DNA from: Antedon mediterranea
Taxonomy: Eukaryota > Animalia > Echinodermata
Reading direction: 5' to 3'
DNA length: 64,000 nt
Assembly: GCF_964355755.1 (NCBI RefSeq)
Contig: NC_092680.1
Location: 13,463,045 to 13,527,044, forward strand
The notes beneath the pieces were generated by a model, which saw only the letters and a list, made by a program, of their open reading frames with translations, was not told where the DNA came from and did not search any database. The translations under genes were made by a program, and so were the position numbers. Shown here piece by piece: positions 61,201-64,000 of the stretch (its first letter is position 1; every line of letters starts with the position of its first letter).

Positions 61201-64000
61201 TCCAGAATATGTAATTTAAAAAATGTTCACCACGTAGTTTAGAATTTATGACTGTTTTAAGAAAGGCATAATTTTGACAAATTTTTGAACTTTTTCATCA
61301 AAAACGCGCGCAAATTGTTCAATTCTACGTGCTCGTATGACGTGATTTTAAGTCGAAATTGCTTTAAAATTGGTAAATTTACTAGAAAAGGCTGAAAAAA
61401 CAAAAATCAAGCAAAAAAAAGATGTTTCTGTGCTACGTGCGCACGCGCGCGTAAAAAAATTGCGCACGCGTGGGAATTTTTGAAACGCTCAAAATGACCT
61501 GAAACGCGTAGAAAGTTGAATAGAAATTGATTTTACGCATTTTGAAATTTTAAACGCGCGTGCGCGCGTAACTTTAGGGAAAAGTCTGATTTTCAATCCA
61601 TAGAAAGTTAGCGCATGATATAAATTACACTTTTGCCAAGTTTCAATAAAAATTGCTTTTTGGTTTTTGATCTATGTTAAATACGCAAAATTCACAAAAT
61701 CGCGCGTAACTTACGCTGCGCGACTATAAAGTCAAAAAACGAAACGTCCTGCACATCTACAGCTACAGGTCAATCTTATGAAAAAGTTACACAATCTTCT
61801 GGTTTCCAGAATTTGAGATACGCTGCCAACAAAATTCAGGGAAAGAAAGAAGAATAACATAGAAAAAAAAAAAAAAAAAAAAAAAAAAGATCCTGACAAT
61901 AACAAGGGGTTATCCGCCAAGTGCGGATAACCAACTAGATTTGAACTCGTCACTACGGACGAGTTAGGTTATCCGCAGCGCAAAGGCCACGCGCACGTCA
62001 TACGTTAAAATATTGCGCGCAGAAAAACGATTAAGTCATTGAAACAATTTCAGTGTGCTCTCTATTTTTCGTCACGTCAAAGTAACGGTATACGCTATAT
62101 TCTGTATACGTACTACATACAGTGCAGAATAGGTGAAAATAAAGGACCCAAGTTATTGACGCTTTTGACATGATGACGTTATCACAATTTAAAAAATGGT
62201 AGATTATGCGAAAGATAATTGATTGGCCTAGACAATATATCAAAATGGGGGGAAATGGAATACGGATAAGTGGAGATGCGCTCTATTAAATGTGATGAGC
62301 TATGACGAAAGAGACAAAAATCCTTTATTTGATATTCGTGTGGCCATACGATGATGTCACAATGTCCGGTTAGCCAAATTGATGCATGATTCGATATCTA
62401 CAACTCATCTACATTCAGAATATGTAATTTAAAAAAAGTTCACCACGTAGTTTAGAATCTATGACTGTTTAAAAAAAGGCATAATTTTGACAAATTTTTG
62501 AACTTTTTCATCAAAAATGCGCGTAAATTGTTTAATTCTACGTGCTCGTATGACGTGATTTTAAGTTGAAATTGTTTGAAAGTTGGTAAATTTACTAAAA
62601 AAAGACGGGAAAAACAAAAATCAAGCAAAAAAATGATGTTTTTGCGTTACGTGCGCACGCGCGCGTAAAAAAATTGCGCACGCGTAGGAATTTTTGAAAT
62701 GCTCAAAATGACATGAAACGCGTAGAAAGTTGATTAGAAATTGATTTTTTGCATTTTGAAATTTTAAACGCGCGTGCGCGCGTAACTTTCTGTAAAACAT
62801 GCTATTTTCTCTCCATAGAAAGTTAGCGCATGATATGACTTAAATTTTCACCAAGTTTCAATACAAAATGACATATAGTTTTTATTCTATGATCAATCAT
62901 TGAAATTCATAAAATCGCACGTAACTTACGCTGCGCGACTCAAAATTCATAAAAAAAAGTTTCTTGCACATCTACAGCTACAGGGCAATCTTTTGACAAA
63001 GTTATACAATCATATGTTGGCCAGAATTAAAGATACGCTGCCAACAAAAAATGGGAGAGAAGTGTGTAAAGAAAGAAATAAATACTAGATTTGAACTCGT
63101 CACTACGTACGAGTTAGGTTATCCGCAGCGCAAAGGCCACGTGCACGTCATACGTTAGAATATTGCGCGCAGAAAAACGATTATGCCATTTAAAAAATGT
63201 TAGTGCGCTCTCAATTTTGCGTCACGTCTGAGTATATACGGTATACACTATAACTGTATACGTACTACTTACAGTTCAGAATAGGTGAAAATAAGTGACC
63301 AAAGTTATTGACGCTTTTGCACATGATGACGTCATAACAATTTTTAAAATGGTGAATCATGCGAAAGATAATTGATTGACCTAGACAATATAAAGAAATG
63401 GAGGGCAATGGAATACGGATAAGTGGAGATGCGCTCTATTAAATGTGATGAGCTATACGAAAGAGAAAAAAATCCTATATTTTATATTCGAGTGGCCATA
63501 CGATGACGTCACAATGTCCTGTTAGCTACATCGATGCATGATTCGATATCTACAACTCATCAACTTTCAGAATGTGTAATTTTAAAAAAGTTCACCACGT
63601 AGTTTAGAATCTATGACTTTTTTTAAAAAGGCATAATTTTCACGAATTTTTTAACTTTTTCATCAAAAACGCGCGCAAATTATTCAATTCTACGTGCTCG
63701 TATGACGTGATTTTAAGTCGAAATTGATTGAAAATTGGTAAATTTACTAGAAAAGGGTGGAAAAACAAAAACCAAGCAAAAAAAAGATGTTTTTGCTCTA
63801 CGTGCGCACGCGCGCGTAAGAAAAGTGCGCACGCTTGGGAATTTTTGAAATGCTCAAAATGACCTGAAACGCGTAGAAAGTTGATTAGAAATTGATTTTT
63901 CGCATTTTGAAATTTTAAACGCGCGTGCGCGCGTAACTTTCTATAAAACATGCCATTTTCTCTCCATAGAAAGTTATCGCATGATATGACTTAAATTTTC
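54756..64000 (-). mobile_element. Subfamily A array continuing past the window end
   Basis: Left ends at 54756, 55980, 57129, 58348, 59499, 60717, 61935 and 63085. Confidence 0.9.

Overview
AT-rich eukaryotic, probably metazoan, DNA made almost entirely of one rolling-circle transposon family (Helentron/Helitron2, also called HLE2). One apparently intact ~18.2 kb autonomous element (15831-34083) carries an uninterrupted 3047-aa ORF: N-terminal hydrophobic helix, PHD finger, herpes-tegument-like (C76/VTD) deubiquitinase, OTU deubiquitinase, basic 18-aa repeats, Zn-binding region, HUH Rep, Pif1 helicase and APE-like endonuclease. It lies inside a head-to-tail array of about 35 non-autonomous relatives, all in the same orientation (subfamily A ~1.2 kb, B ~1.55 kb, and one intermediate C unit). 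They share its termini: CTAG + hairpin + GGTTATCCGC at the left end, and a GGTTATCCGC..GCGGATAACC hairpin at the right end. Neighbouring units differ from each other, and missing right ends reappear downstream as stacked orphan ends that can be rejoined. This points to an array built largely by repeated, oriented insertion of elements into their own terminal A-tracts, then reshuffled by recombination. The leader of the autonomous element contains a covarying triple-hairpin structure, about ten tandem putative micro-exons and a perfect 32-bp palindrome. No host gene, RNA gene or CRISPR array was recognised. All alignments and counts were done by eye.
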